NCBI GenBank assembly: GCA_026025795.1
Contig: JAPEUG010000015.1
Location: 1-64,000 of the forward strand
Length of the DNA stretch: 64,000 nt
Direction: 5' to 3'
DNA from: Thelocarpon superellum
Lineage: Eukaryota
A program made the translations under genes and the position numbers. Positions 12,305 to 26,568 of this stretch are shown here, one piece after another (the first letter of the stretch is position 1; the number at the start of each line of letters is the position of its first letter). The notes under the pieces were generated by a model. That model had not been told where the DNA came from. It was given only the letters and a program-made list of their open reading frames with translations, and made no database searches.

Positions 12305-15300
12305 ATGTCGAGTTCGGCCTCGTTCAAGCCAGCCGCGGCGCTGCCTCGACCGGCGCCCTACCAGGTCCCGTCTGTGCTGGCTGGCTCCACGGCGCCGGCC
12401 GGCACCTTCGCCTCCGGGACCAAGATCCAAGTGGGCTCACACAAAGTCATCATCGATCGATACCTTTCCGAAGGTGGCTTCGCCCACGTGTACCTGGTCA
12501 AGCTCACGACCCCGACCGACGGTCCCAATGTCGTCGTGCTCAAGCGGGTGGCCGTCCCGGACAAAGATGCCTTGGCCAACATGAGAACCGAGGTGGAGAC
12601 GATGAAGAAACTCAAGGGCCATCGGGCCGTCGTCACCTATATCGACTCACACGCGTCCCAGCTGAAGGGGGGAGGCTACGAGGTCTTCTTGCTCATGGAA
12701 TATTGCGCCGGCGGCGGCCTGATCGACTTCATGAACACGCGCTTACAGAACCGCCTGACCGAGCCGGAGGTGCTCAAGATCTTCTCCGACGTGGCGGAGG
12801 GCGTGGCCTGCATGCATTACCTAAAGCCGCCCCTGCTCCATCGGGATCTCAAGGTTGAGAACGTCCTCATCTCCTCCCGCGGCGCCACCCGCCGTTACAA
12901 GCTGTGCGATTTTGGCTCGACCGCCCCTCCGCGACCGGCACCCACCAGTGCGGTTGAGTGCCGCGTCGTCGAAGAGGATATTCAAAAGCATACGACGCTT
13001 CAATACCGGAGTCCAGAGATGATCGATGTCTATCGCAAGCAACCCATCGATGAGAAGAGTGACATCTGGGCGTTGGGTGTGCTCCTGTACAAGCTCTGTT
13101 ATTACACGACTCCCTTCGAGCAGCAGGGGCAACTGGCCATTCTCAACGCCAGCTTCAAGTTTCCACCCTATCCTTCCTTTTCGGACCGGCTGAAGGCGTT
13201 GATCGGTAAGCAGGCCTCCTCTCACGGGGGGTCTTCGTGGCTGATGTGCACAGCTTCCATGCTGCGAGAGCAACCGCATCAACGACCGACCATCTACCAA
13301 GTCATGCGAGAGGCATGCGTGATGCAAGGCATCGAGGTACCCATCAAGGACGTAAGCGCAAAATCATCAGGGTCGGCGCGGCGCGGCACTAACGCTCATA
13401 GATCTACGGAGCTGGCAACACATCCGAGGGACGGAGAAACCAGAGACTTCTCACGGTGGACCCTACGATATCGTCGCCGCCGAAGGTAGGTGCCGTGAAA
13501 GCGGCGCCGGAGGTGAAGCACACCGTAATCCCCGCCATCGTGCCCATGAGACGGGGGCGGCCCGGGACGGCGACCCAGCAGCCGCAAACCTCCAACCTCA
13601 AGCCAAGTCCCTCGCCGCTGCGAGGTCGTTCGAGCGATCCATTTTCCGCACTGGATGCACCATCCACACTTCCCACAAACAGCCACACGCAGGACGAACT
13701 ATCCGCGCGGTTCCCCACCTTGGATGAATTCTCCTTGCTCCACGAGACCGGCACCAAGTTCGAGTTCGACCAGGCCTCCCCCGTGAGCACCGTGCCGGCC
13801 AAAGATATCACGCAACGTGTCACCGAGCGACTGGCCGATGACGCGTTTGCTCAGCCGGCTCGACAGGAGTCCGCTCCGACTGCCAGACTGTCCCAAAAAG
13901 TCACGCGTGAACGTTCCGCGGGACCCTCCGTGGCTCGCGAGGGGTCTCACGCCTTAAAGCCAACCACGTCCGCGCCACTGCCCATACCAAAGAAGTCAGG
14001 AATGGTCTCGCAAGGAACCATGACATCGCCGTCGCCATCGCCGCCGGAAGCATCGACGAGTCGTTTCCCCATTGGTCGTCTCGCGAAGATCTCTTCGACG
14101 TCGGCTCCGAGATCGTCGAGCCAGCCCCGACCCTCCGAATCTCTTCCGTCGGAATCGCGCGCCCGTCGGGTATCCCCGAGTGCATCGGACCTGCGCGTAC
14201 ATATGCCAACCTCGACCCGGCCATCGTTCACAGGCTTTCATCGGTCCCGCTCCCAAATCTCGGTCCAGCCTCTACCGCCCGCCTCGTCGCGCCCGTCGCC
14301 CGACGGTCCACGACCCTCGTCGGCTGATATCAACAGCTTGATGCATCGCTCGCACTTGACCAACTCTCGCCCCCGCCCCACGAGCGCATACGTCGCGTCC
14401 GACGTCGACTTCATGCGGGGTCAGGACTCTGCATACGCGTCTGTACCGCATCTGACCGGGTCCAACCGGTCGCCCCACGTGGCGGATCTCCTGCCCGCGG
14501 CCATCACAGGGGGATCGGGCGACGATACCGAGGACGGCACGATCGCGTCGAATGTTGATTTCCTACGGGCCATGGAGGAGCAGGACGGGTCGCGGAAGCG
14601 CGAGAAGCGATCAAGCTCGGGATCAAAGTCCAGCAAGCGCTCGAGCATGCCGTCCATCTCCTTGGCCACGACCAAGACCCTGTTGGCCGGAAGATTCGGC
14701 GACGCTTTTCGCCGCTTTGAAGGCAACTCCAATGCCGCGCCCGCGCGACCTGCGAGCCCGGCGGCTGACGACGGCCGTCGAGGGCTGTCGCCCATCGCGG
14801 GCTCGCAGGCAACGGGCGACCGGAGTGACGTGGAGCACTCCGAGGACACAGAATCCCTCACGCCAGAGATGAAGCGAGAACTGGAACGGCGCCGGTTGGC
14901 ACAAGAAGAGCGACGCGTCGAGGCCGCCGCGGCCGAATATCGTCAGCGGCTTGCGAACCGGGACCCGGGCGAAATGGGGAGCGGCAAGGGGGGAGGCGAA
15001 CAGCGCCCTCCCACACGAGCGGCGTCGATTCAGAACAAGGTCAAGACGCTCCTGACGGAGAATGTCAAGCCCTCCTCTCCTGAATCGGTCACGGAGTACG
15101 GGCGCGCGACTGACGGCGAACGAGCGCCGCAGACGCGCCGCACCGACGATTCCACACGGGACTTGCCCGTCCGCAAGCCTCTCGCCAGGGAGCCCAAAGA
15201 CCACACCTCGTCCGAGCCATCGGCCGACTTCTCACGATACCCTCCTCCCGAAGCTCCCGCCAAGCCCACGAACCCCCCAGCTTCGGCGCGTCCAAGCGCA

Positions 15301-15537
15301 CCACCGAAGCCGACCAACTTACGTCGGGCCGCACCACCAGAATCCTCGTCTCAGGCGGGAGCACCACGCCCGACAGTGGCGGGTCGGACGTCCAAACCTT
15401 CGGCGGAGATGGAAGGATCCCTCGACGACTGGGAGGAGAACTTTACGAAGCGCTACCCCAGCTTGGGCAAGCTCGAATTGGTGGAGACCACGATCGAGAA
15501 GGCTCAGCCAACAAGTGTCCGTTCAAAGGAAGTCTAA
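12305..15537 (+). CDS. NAK-family (Ark1/Prk1-like) Ser/Thr kinase, spliced
   Basis: LSEGGFAHVY, VLKR, HRDLKVEN, DFGS, TTLQYRSPEM, DIWALG. Long disordered tail ending F.KRYPSL..LELVET. Introns at about 13206-13253 and 13352-13401. Confidence 0.92.
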
Positions 15538-16448
15538 GGTCACGGGACACCCGATCACTTGTGCGAGATCAGGCGAGGACCCTGTGGATTGGTTTGCCGT
15601 CGGAGATACTCCGGCCTTCTCTAGCGTAGCATTTCTGCAGCGTCGTGTGCCTCCCGCTTAGGCCATTGTGTAAGGCATCTACCTGACTGACGCCCGGTGA
15701 TTCTATCGGACCCTCTTGCGCGTGTGCTCAGGATGCAACGTCAACCATCAGCAGCGTTCTAGTCTGAAGCCTACATGGTCGTACGAGGAACCTCTTCTAT
15801 GACAATCAGGTCCTTATCAAACGGCTAGGTCCTTGTCACGGGTGGAGCCCCCCAAGTAGAACCACCAGGCACTTGTCTGGTAGACGGCCGATCGTACCAC
15901 CGTCAGATGATTCATGAGGTCCAGAGTCATGACTTGACCCAGTGGAGAGTTCGTCATCCAACCGTTCATGTCAAGTTCTCGCGCCACGTCATCACGTGGC
16001 GACATGTTTGCTCATCCAGGCTTGATTGATCCGGGCGCCGATGCGGTGTGAACCCTTAATTCGCCGTTCCGACGCCTGGGAGGAGCAGAAAAGTGATGGG
16101 AACTAACCCGCTTGGTGCCCCGACTACGCCTTCCCGGGTCAAGCGCCAAATCGTATTTCATGGACCTTGGGCCCTATGCGCCCTGTCCGGACGGACTGAC
16201 GCGAGTGGCCCGGTCGAATTCGGATTGGTGACTGGCACTCGCGGTACTCCGTACAAGTGTCCTTCTCTAGGGGTGGACGGCGGTAGTGGAGATTGGTGCC
16301 TTCACCAGATCGCTACACCACTCTAATATAAAGCTCGTCTCGCAGGCCCGCCCTCCCTCGCTCCGGCGCCTGACCTGACCTACCAACCCGGTGAGGGTAA
16401 AGTTGCATGAGCCTGTTTCCGTCCAAGTGAGCACATGCAACCCCACTA

Positions 16449-16483
16449 CCCACCGCCCACCGCCCACCGCCCACCACCCACCA
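16449..16483. repeat. Heptamer repeat (CCCACCR)x5 upstream of MOT1
   Basis: cccaccg x3 followed by cccacca x2. Confidence 0.8.
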
Positions 16484-16715
16484 TCGCCTGCCACCACCAG
16501 TCACTTAATGCGCGTGAACTGTGACTTCCAATCAGATTTTTGCTGTTTTTGTCGCGCTTAAGCATTCCTGTACGCGTTGCATCATGGGTCGCTCCTGCTG
16601 AACATCACAACATCTCAATTCGTCCGATGAGCATCACAGGATGACACCCACGAGCCTCACCTAATGCTGGACGACGCGTCCCGAACTCATCATCCCCAAT
16701 GGGTGTAACTAAACC

Positions 16716-19700
16716 ATGACTTCGAGGTGCGACCCACCCCAATGCCTCCGTCCGACTTACCGTGCTAACAGATCACGTGGTCTAGGTTAGATCGACTGGT
16801 TACGTAAGTGTGATCGGGCACGTGATGAGCTACGAAATATGCATGAGGATGAGCACGATAGGGGACTGATGCCGACCTAGGCTTCTGGAGACGGGCAGCA
16901 CACCGCTGATCCGGGCAACTGCCGCTCAGCAGCTCGCGGATGTACAGAAATCCCATCCTGATGAGCTGTTCAACTTGCTCACCCGCGTCGTCCCCTTTCT
17001 CCGCAGCAAATCCTGGGATACGCGCATAGCGGCAGCCAAGGCCATTGGGGGGATCGTCGACCATGCCGACAAGTTCGATCCTAACGCGGGAGACGCGAGG
17101 AAGAAGGCCGAGGATACTGTGGCCTCATCCAGCGAGCCTGGGGCGAAGGTCGATGGAAATGGCGACGCGGCGCTGTCTGAGGATCAGCTGCAGCCCGAGA
17201 CGCTGGACATCGCCATGATCCTCAAATACGGGAAGAAGCTGTTAGGAAGTGCGGGGAAGGAGTACGACTATTCCTTGGCCGCTTTGGACCCGGCCGCGCG
17301 GCTCGCACTGCAGAAGAAAAGCTTGACCGCACGACTCGGCCTTGTGGGCGAGTACATGGAGGATGAACTGCTCGCCGAGACCGACTTCACGACCAGCAAC
17401 AAGCGCGGTCCCCCCCCCACGCCTCACATAGTCACGTCGGTAGACAATGTCTCCCGCCACAATAGCATCTCATCGCCCTCCGCCTACTCGGCCGCTCAGG
17501 ATCCAGAATCCGCCGTACTGACACCTACGGACGAGCTGGGGATGATGAGTCGGCGACAGCTCAACCAACTGAAGCGAAAGAACAAGCTTAACGCCAAGAA
17601 CCATGCCAGCAAGGTTCGTGTCGTCGATCTCTCCATCCGGCGCTCCTCCACCGACATCTCCGAGCCGATGGCGCCACCCGAACCCTTTGCCGTCAAGCCA
17701 GAGATCAAAGCGGAGGAATCGACCACAGATTACTTCAATCTCGAGCGGAGTGGAGAAGATGATGAGTCGAAAGTGGTGTCGGAATTCAAAGGCCTAGCTA
17801 TCCCCGACAAAACAGCCTTCCAGACGGAACGCGAGGCGGAAGGAGCCGAGTGGCCCTATGACCGCCTGTGCGAGGTCCTGACCGTCGATCTCTTCGATCC
17901 GAACTGGGAGGTGCGACACGGAGCGGCGATGGCGCTGCGCGAAGTCATTCGTGTGCATGGTGCCGGGGCCGGCCGACAACTCGGCAGAAGTGGAAGAGAC
18001 AACGATGGCCTAAACCAGCGATGGTTGAATGATCTGGCTTGCCGGCTCTGTTGTGTCTTCATGCTTGATCGCTTTGGCGACTACGTCTCCGATAACGTCG
18101 TGGCGCCAATCCGTGAAACGGTCGGACAGACGCTAGGGGCACTCCTGATCCACCTCTCGCCCGAGTCGGTCCACGCAGTCTACCAGATTCTCTATCGCAT
18201 GGTGATGCAAGAGGATGTGGACCTGTCCCTTCCCATCTGGGAGGTCTGCCATGGCGGCATGATCGGACTTCGATACCTCGTCGCGGTGCGAAATGATCTT
18301 TTACTGCAGGACCATGAGCTACTGGATGGCGTCGTTCGGGCCGTGATGAAGGGGCTGGGAGACGTGGACGACGATGTGCGCGCCGTCAGTGCGGCCACCA
18401 TGACCCCTATCGCCAAAGAGCTCGTCCAGCTCCGACCGGGCGCACTGGACGAGCTCATCAACATCGTCTGGGGCTGTCTCTCGAATCTTCGAGACGATCT
18501 GAGCGCCAGCACTGGATCCGTCATGGATCTCTTGGCGAAGCTGTGCAGTTTCCCCGAAGTTTTGCAGGCCATGAAACGAAATGCCTTGGACGACTCGGCG
18601 CAATCCTTCGCACTCCTCGTGCCGCGCCTCTACCCCTTCCTCCGCCACACCATCTCCAGCGTTCGATCCGCCGTCCTCCGGGCCTTGCTCACCTTTCTTG
18701 ACCTAAACGGCGAGGGCTCAAGTGGCTGGGTGGATGGGAAAATCCTGCGGCTCCTCTTCCAGAATCTCCTGGTCGAGCGCAACGAGACTGTGCTTGCCCT
18801 CTCGCTGCAGGTGTGGTCCCGACTCGCATCGTTTGTGAGCGAGCAAAGCCGCGAGCGCTTCGCGACTGCATTCTCGCCTCACCTGGACGCGATGATGACC
18901 CTCACCCTGCATCCGATTGGCGTCTCCCGTCTTCCGATTCCCATGGACCCGTCACTCTTCCTCCGCCCGTCCGGCCAAACCTACGTTCTGCCAGGGTCCG
19001 TGACTCGGAAGTCGTCACCCATGTCCGGGGCGGAGCGCGCACCGAAGCGAAGGCGCAAGGCGGACAAGCAGGAAGAACCTGCGGCGGCACATCACGATGT
19101 TGACGGACATATGATCTTAGGCGACGTTGATCTCGTCGGGGCTGACGTCCTGATGCGATCGAAGATCTATGCCGCGCAGGGCATGGGCACGGCTATGAGT
19201 CTGTGGCCGCCGCAGGACCTGACGCCTGCCTTTGGTGGCAAGCTGATCCCGCACCTTCAGTCCGTCTTCTCCACCAGCCAGCTCACCGCGGCGCTTGTCT
19301 GTGAGGAGTACGCCAAGCGTGCGGGCAGGAACACGGCGTTCGGCCGCTCGCTAGCCGCCGCCCTGCTACCGCTGATCGAAGAGGAGCGGCCAGCGGCCTA
19401 TCGCGACCTCGTGAATTTCACCCAGCAGGTCCGGGGGCAGTGCCAGTCGCTTCTCAGTTTGTTCCGCGAGGCGGGCGGGGTACCCTCGTCGAAAATCCCC
19501 ACCATCCCTGTCGTCGTTCAGGGCGATGCGGACGCAGGCCCTGCGGCCTTTGCCCTCAGCCACGCGGAGAAAGTGGCCGGTGATGACTTTGATCGATTGA
19601 AGAAGGCTCTGCCACCCGCGCAGCGTCTCAAGTCGCTCGACGCCCTGAACGATACGCGAGCCAACATTGTGACGGCGATCGATCGCGCCAAGAACGCCAA

Positions 19701-22632
19701 AGATCAACAGGATACCCGCATCCGAGCGGCGGCGGCGAGTGCCGTCATCACGCTAGTGGAGATCCCCAAAAAGGCCAGTCACGTCGTCAAGGGTCTCATG
19801 GACAGCGTCAAGCGCGAAGACAATGTCGAGCTCCAGCAGCGGTCGGCCAGCGCAGTCGCCTCGCTGATCGAGCAGTACGCCGGATCGGGTCGACGTGGCC
19901 CCGTGGACAAGATTGTCGCCAACTTGGTCAAATTCTGCTGTGTGGATACATCGGAAACACCCGAGTTCCATCGCAACGGCGGTCTCGAGGACGCCATCTT
20001 GTCTTTGCGCAAGGAGGAGGACCGTAAGGATCATGCGGACGCCGTGGCCTTTGAGCGAGAAGCCCGCGAGGCGCGGGTTATGCGACGTGGCTCCAAAGGC
20101 GCCTTGGAACAACTGGCGGAAGGGTTTCGAGGCCAGTTGCTTGAGAAGGTGCCGATGTTGAAGTCGCTCATCGAGGATCCGCTGCGACGAGCGCTCTCGG
20201 GCTCGTTGCCGGAGAGGATCAAGGATGCGGAGGATACTCTCGGTCAAGAGCTGATCGACGGCCTATCGACGTTGCGGGCGCTCGTGCCCAGGTTCGACCC
20301 ACTCCTGCATTCCTTCGTCGTGAGCCTCTTCCCCCTCATTGTCAAGGCGCTGCAATCGAGACTCTCCGTCATCCGGTATGCGGCGGCCAAGTGTCTGGCG
20401 ACCATCTGCAGTGTCATCACGATCCAGGGCATGACGATGCTTGTTGAAGAGGTCCTTCCCTCCATCAGCAACGCCGTCGACCTCCATTACCGACAAGGCG
20501 CCATCGAATGCGTGTATCACTTAATCCACGTCATGGAAGAAGGCATCCTTCCCTATGTGATCTTCCTCCTCGTGCCTGTTCTGGGTCGGATGAGCGACTC
20601 GGACAACGACGTGCGACTCATCGCAACCACCACCTTTGCCACCTTGGTCAAGCTCGTGCCACTCGAGGCGGGAATCCCGGATCCACCTGGTCTGTCAGCG
20701 TCGTTGCTGGAGGGACGCGACCGTGAGCGGCGATTCATCGCGCAGATGCTCGACGTGCACAAGGTCGAGCCCTTTGAGATCCCCGTCGCCATCAAGGCCG
20801 AGCTCCGGTCATACCAGCAGGAAGGGGTCAACTGGCTTGCCTTCCTGAACCGCTACCATCTCCACGGCATCCTCTGCGATGACATGGGGCTGGGCAAGAC
20901 GCTGCAGACCCTCTGTATCGTGGCCAGCGACCACCATCTTCGCGCAGAAGAGTATGCGAAGACCAAAGCTCCGGACGTGCGACCGTTGCCGTCCCTGATC
21001 GTCTGTCCACCCACGCTCTCGGGGCATTGGCAACAAGAGATTCGGACCTACGCCCCTTTCCTCTCGTGCTTGGCTTACGTTGGGGCGCCGACGGAGCGCA
21101 ACCGGCTCCAGGCGGGTCTCGGCTCGACGGACATTGTCATCACGTCATACGACATCTGCCGCAATGACATTCAGGTCTTGGCGCCCATGAGCTGGAACTA
21201 CTGCGTGCTCGATGAGGGACACCTGATCAAGAACCCACGGGCCAAAGTCACGTTGGCGGTCAAACGCCTCCTCAGCAACCATCGACTCATCTTGTCGGGC
21301 ACGCCGATTCAGAACAACGTGCTGGAGCTGTGGTCCCTCTTCGACTTCCTGATGCCCGGTTTCCTCGGCGTTGAACGTGTGTTCCTCGACCGTTTCGCCA
21401 AACCCATCGCCGCCAGTCGCTTCAGCAAGTCCTCGTCCAAAGAACAGGAGGCAGGTGCGCTCGCCGTTGAGGCCCTCCACAAGCAGATTCTGCCCTTCCT
21501 CCTGCGACGGTTAAAGGAGGAGGTGCTCGATGACCTGCCACCGAAGATCCTGCAGAACTACTACTGCGATCTCAGCCCCTTGCAGCGCAAGCTCTTTGAA
21601 GACTTCACGAAGAAGGAGAGCAAGACGCTGGCGGAGAAGGCCTCGAGCGGCGACAAAGAGGCGAAGCAGCACATCTTCCAAGCGCTCCAGTACATGCGCA
21701 AGCTCTGCAACTCGCCCGCCTTGGTGATGAAGGAGGGGCACAAGCACTACGCCGAGACGCAGAAGCGTTTGGCCACGGAAGGGTCCAGCCTACGGGATCC
21801 GCAACACGCGCCGAAGCTGACGGCGCTCCGCGACCTGTTGGTTGATTGTGGAATTGGAGTGGCGGCGCCAGCCGACGGCGGACTGACGACCGAGACCAAC
21901 TACGTTAGTCAACACCGCGCGCTGGTCTTTTGCCAGATGAAGGAGATGTTGGACATGGTTCAGGATGAGGTGCTGCGGAAGCTTCTGCCCTCGGTCCAAT
22001 ATCTGCGCCTGGACGGTGGCGTCGACGCCAGCAAGCGACAGGACATCGTCAACCAGTTCAACTCCGACCCGAGCTACGACGTGCTACTCCTGACGACCAG
22101 CGTCGGCGGGCTGGGGCTCAACCTGACGGGCGCCGACACGGTCATCTTCGTCGAGCACGATTGGAATCCCCAGAAGGACCTTCAGGCCATGGACCGGGCG
22201 CATCGAATCGGACAGAAGAAGGTGGTCAACGTGTACCGGCTCATCACGCGGGGGACGCTCGAGGAGAAGATCATGAGGTAGGCCACCTTCTTCGATGTCA
22301 TTCTTTCGCTCCACCGCTAATCAGGCCGATGCAGCCTCCAGCGGTTCAAGATCGATGTCGCCAGTACGGTGGTGAACCAGCAGAACGCGGGTTTGGCCAC
22401 CATGGAGACGGACCAGATCCTCGACCTCTTCAACCTCGGTGAGACAGCAGACGGGATCGAGAAGGCCGGCCCCACGGACGACGGCGATGTCAACGAGATG
22501 GTGGACGTGACGGGCGAAGTCAAAGAGAAGGGCAGAAAAGGTTTGCTGGACGACTTGGGCGAGCTCTGGGACGATCGGCAGTACGAGGAGGAGTATAACC
22601 TAGATTCATTCCTTGCCACCATGAAGGGATGA
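16716..22632 (+). CDS. MOT1: TBP-associated SNF2-family ATPase Mot1/BTAF1, spliced
   Basis: Micro-exons 16716-16726 and 16786-16803 plus the exon from 16881 give MTSRLDRLVTLLETGST. HEAT region, then GILCDDMGLGKT, DEGH, LSGTPIQNN, QAMDRAHRIGQ. Final exon ends QYEEEYNLDSFL. Confidence 0.96.
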
Positions 22633-23371
22633 GAGAACGATTGCTGCGGGTATCTTCTGAGCGGGCTGCATCATCATCGTCGGGAGCATCGCAGGCAGCG
22701 ACTTATGTAACTTTGTGGAAACTCCTACTCACCCTTCCCCTTCTCTCACCGTAATGGAATGCCAACATCTCAGGTGCTCGTCCAGATAGGAAGAAGGGAT
22801 GGTTGACGATCGAGGCCCCGCGAGATCATGCAATGACATGGCGTCAGAGTGTTTGAAACACTTGGGGATCTTCGCACAACGGAGTACTCCAAAGTGCGCG
22901 CAGCTACAAGATACATCTGGCATGAGGGATCGCTCGCTTTGGTCCCCTTCTTGTTACGCACGAGGCTCCGTAAACTTGGAGAGCTCGACGCTCGACGTTC
23001 GACAATCGCCGGTGATGCAGCCAGCACCATCGAATCGCACAAATACCTGCAGTGTGTCAACGGGCTGATGGAAAGCCTTCCGTCCTCAGCATACTCGAGA
23101 ACTGTTGAAAGCTCACTTGAAATCATCTGGCCAAATACATCACTTGTGGAGGACGCCTGCGATGAGTCGCGTTGTGGATGGCACGACCGTCGATCCATAG
23201 AGAGTCTCCGGCTCGCTTCGTTACCTCACGACAGCTCCCGGCTCGGCAGCTTTGGGTGAACAAGAGGACCGGGGGAAGTCACGACGGTCTCGTAGAGTTT
23301 GCGGGTTCGACAAAGCTTCCCATCAGCTCGGGCAACAACTAACCTCCTCTGCTCCGTTGCCCCACGAGGCC

Positions 23372-26300
23372 ATGGCGAAGATGGCCCGCTCGTGCCGTGC
23401 CACCTGGTCGGTGACTATCATCAGCACCCTGGTCTACCTCGCCCTCTTCGTCTCCCTCCTGGTCGTACACACCCGTGTGCCGGCAGCCCCCTCCTCCCCC
23501 GCCCCCGTGAGGGGCATCAACACGACGGAAGCGTGGCTGGACCTCCAGGAGGTGAGCCACGGCTTCCACCCATACAACAGCCGCCGGAACGACGACCTCC
23601 GTGCCTGGCTCCTCCGCCGGATCGAGGAGATCCTGGAGAGCAACGGCGTGAGGTTCGCGGTGCAGGAGATGCACCGCGAATCCCGCAAGCCGCACCTCTC
23701 GGCCTCCCCTCCCGTGATGGTGTTCAACGACCTCATCTCCAACGTCACCTTCTCCGGCGTCGGAAAGTTCAACACCTCGGGCCGGAAACGCCGGCCAGGA
23801 CAGAGTGTCTACTTCGAGGGCACCAATATCATCGTCTACATCCGAGGGTCGGAGGACAGCCCTGAGGACTGGTGGACGGAAAACAACCGGATGCTCAATG
23901 GCCACGCCGGAGTGCTCGTCAATGCCCATTACGACAGCGTGTCGACCGGATATGGCGCCACCGATGACGGGGTCGGTGTCGTGACGATCCTTCAGCTGAT
24001 CAAGTACTACACGACGCCTGGCAACACGCCCCGAAAGGGTCTCGTGGCGCTTCTGAATAACGGCGAGGAAGATTTCCTGAACGGCGCTCGCGCCTTCACA
24101 CAGCACCCCATGGCCCGTTTCGCCCAAACCTTCCTCAACCTAGAAGGTGCCGGCGCCGGTGGCCGCGCCACGCTCTTCCGCAGCACCGACACTGAAGTGA
24201 CCAGGGCTTACGCCCACAGCGAGCACCCCTTTGGAAGTGCCCTGAGTGGCGACGGCTTCAAGAGAGGCCTCGTCCGCAGTCAGACGGACTACGTCATCTT
24301 CAATGGCGAGCTTGGCCTCCGCGGTCTCGACGTGGCGTTCATGGAGCCCCGGGCCCGGTACCACACCAACGAAGACGACGCCAGACATAGTACGTCCCCG
24401 GGATCTGTGATGTGCTTGCCACTGACTCGTCGTAGCAAGCATTGCCTCCATCTGGCACATGTTGTCTGCAGCACTAGCGACGACGCAAGTCTTGACATCT
24501 GATGCCAGTCCCGTACCCTCTGCACAGAAGGCCCATGACACGGGCTCTGACGGCGTCTGGTTCGATCGTGAGTGGCAATGGGGGATGTTCCAACATGCAA
24601 GACTCACGCGTCTCTACAGTTTTCGGACGAGCCTTTGCCGTCTTTGAACTCCACACCCTCTTCGCCGTGTCAATCACCCTGCTCGCGGCCACTCCGATCG
24701 TCGTCATTCTTTTGGCCGTGCTGCTCTATCGTCAGCAGCGGTTTTACTTCTTCGCCGTCACCACGCACGAGCCGAACGATCCGTTTGGAGAGCCGGTGGC
24801 CCTACATGGATGGAGAGGCTTCTTTCGGTTCCCGGCAGGCCTCGTGGTCGGTACCGGCGTCGTCGTAGGGCTGGCCTACTGGGTGAACAGGGCGAATCCC
24901 TTCATCGTGCACAGCAGTCCATATGCTGTCTGGAGCCTGATGCTGACCGCCTTCCTCTCGCTGTCGTGGCTTGTCGTGCATTCGGCCACACGCATACGTC
25001 CGAGTGCGCTGTACCGTGCGTATGCCCTGTCGTGGATGTACCTTCTGGTATGGCTTGCTCTGCTCGGCACCACCATCATCGAGGGTAGCCTCGGAGTTGC
25101 CGGAGGCTATCCGATGATGTTCTACTTTGCCTCTGTCTTCCTGGCCTATCTGGTATCGTTGCTGGAGCTCTTTACTCTTCCGCGGATCGTGGACTACGCC
25201 GCCACGATGGTCGTGATCCCGGGCTCCCTGCACGCTTCCCGCCGATCCAGTCTGCAGGGCAGCGCCATGGTCGCACCGACGGCGGACGAAGAAGTGGGAT
25301 CGGAGCGTCGGAACTCGGAGGGCGAAGAAGCGACGGAGCATACTTCTCTACTCCGTGGGGAGGGCCGGCCAACCTTCAGGCATTACCGACAGGGCGTCGC
25401 CGAGTCTCACCGCGAGCGAAATCAGGATGCCGGCCCGAAAGGAGCACCTCGCAGGGACGAACAGGGCTGGAGCGTCTCGCTGCCGACGTGGACGTGGCCG
25501 CTTCAGATTTTGTTCCTCGTGCCGATCAACGTCATCCTCATCGGACAAGTCGGCCTCTTGATGGTCTCGGCACTCTCGCAGACAGGCTCCGATGGCAGCC
25601 CAACGCTGTTGATCTATCTCGTCCTGGCCGGCACCAGCGTTCTGCTCCTGATGCCGTTGCTGCCCTTCCTGCACCGGATCGACTGGCACGTCCCCACGCT
25701 CTTCTTGCTCATCTGCCTGGGCACGCTCATCTACTCCCTCGTTGCCTTTCCCTTCTCGGCCGGCAATCGATACAAGGTGTATTTCCTGCAGACGGTTGAC
25801 TTGGACACGGGACTGAATCGCGTGTGGCTCACGGGGGTGGAGAAGTACGTGCACGAGATCATCGGCTCCATTCCTAGCGCCGCGGGACAGCCTCTCGATT
25901 GCACGCCTGACCCCCGGGGACTTCCCGGCCTGACGCGGTGCTCGTGGGCGGGCATTCCTCCGCAGGTAGTCCCCAACGTGCCGTCTGGAGCGCCGCCCGA
26001 TCTCGGGTATAGCGACTGGCTCTACTACAACGTGACGCGGTCCGCGGACGGAGCCAACGAAGCCCGCTTCCATCTCTATGGCAGGAACACGCGCGCCTGC
26101 AAGCTGACCTTGCACCAACCCATCTCGGACTTTCACGTTGAAGGGGCTGCCGCATCGCCCATGTTCGACAACGTCCCGCGCGATGGCGGATCGCAGGAGA
26201 TCCGGCTGTGGCGACGAGAGTGGGAGGAGCCATGGGACGTGTGGGTGAGATGGAACGGCACCGAGTCCACCGGCTTGGACGGTCGCGTCGTCGCCCTCTG

Positions 26301-26427
26301 GAGCGATGCGAATCACGACGGCGTGGTGCCAGCTTTGGACGAACTGTGGCATTATGCTCCGGCCTGGGTGGCCATCACCAAGCTTGCTGATGGGTTGGTC
26401 GAGGGTAGCAAGGCGTTTATGGTGTAG
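23372..26427 (+). CDS. PFF1: M28-family vacuolar membrane metallopeptidase (Pff1-like), spliced
   Basis: N-terminal TM helix, [40 protein letters not shown], followed by a multi-TM region. Confidence 0.88.
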
Positions 26428-26568
26428 CGTCGGCCTGGATGGTGGGTTGGTGTTGGCGTTGTCTCCGTATCATGGCGCCTTCTCTGCATAGCACGCGCGT
26501 CCGTAGCAGTGTCGTTAGCTTCCGTCAAAGCCCGCAAGGCGTGTTTTGCCGACCAAAGAGCCTCTCCA

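Noticed and set aside
22770..23259. Overlapping 136-142 aa ORFs between MOT1 and the protease
   Set aside because: No recognisable motif or signal peptide; likely UTR or promoter sequence.
23372..26427. M28 enzyme as the glutaminyl cyclase for the KEP peptides
   Set aside because: Its multi-TM architecture matches the Pff1-type vacuolar protease, not a soluble glutaminyl cyclase.
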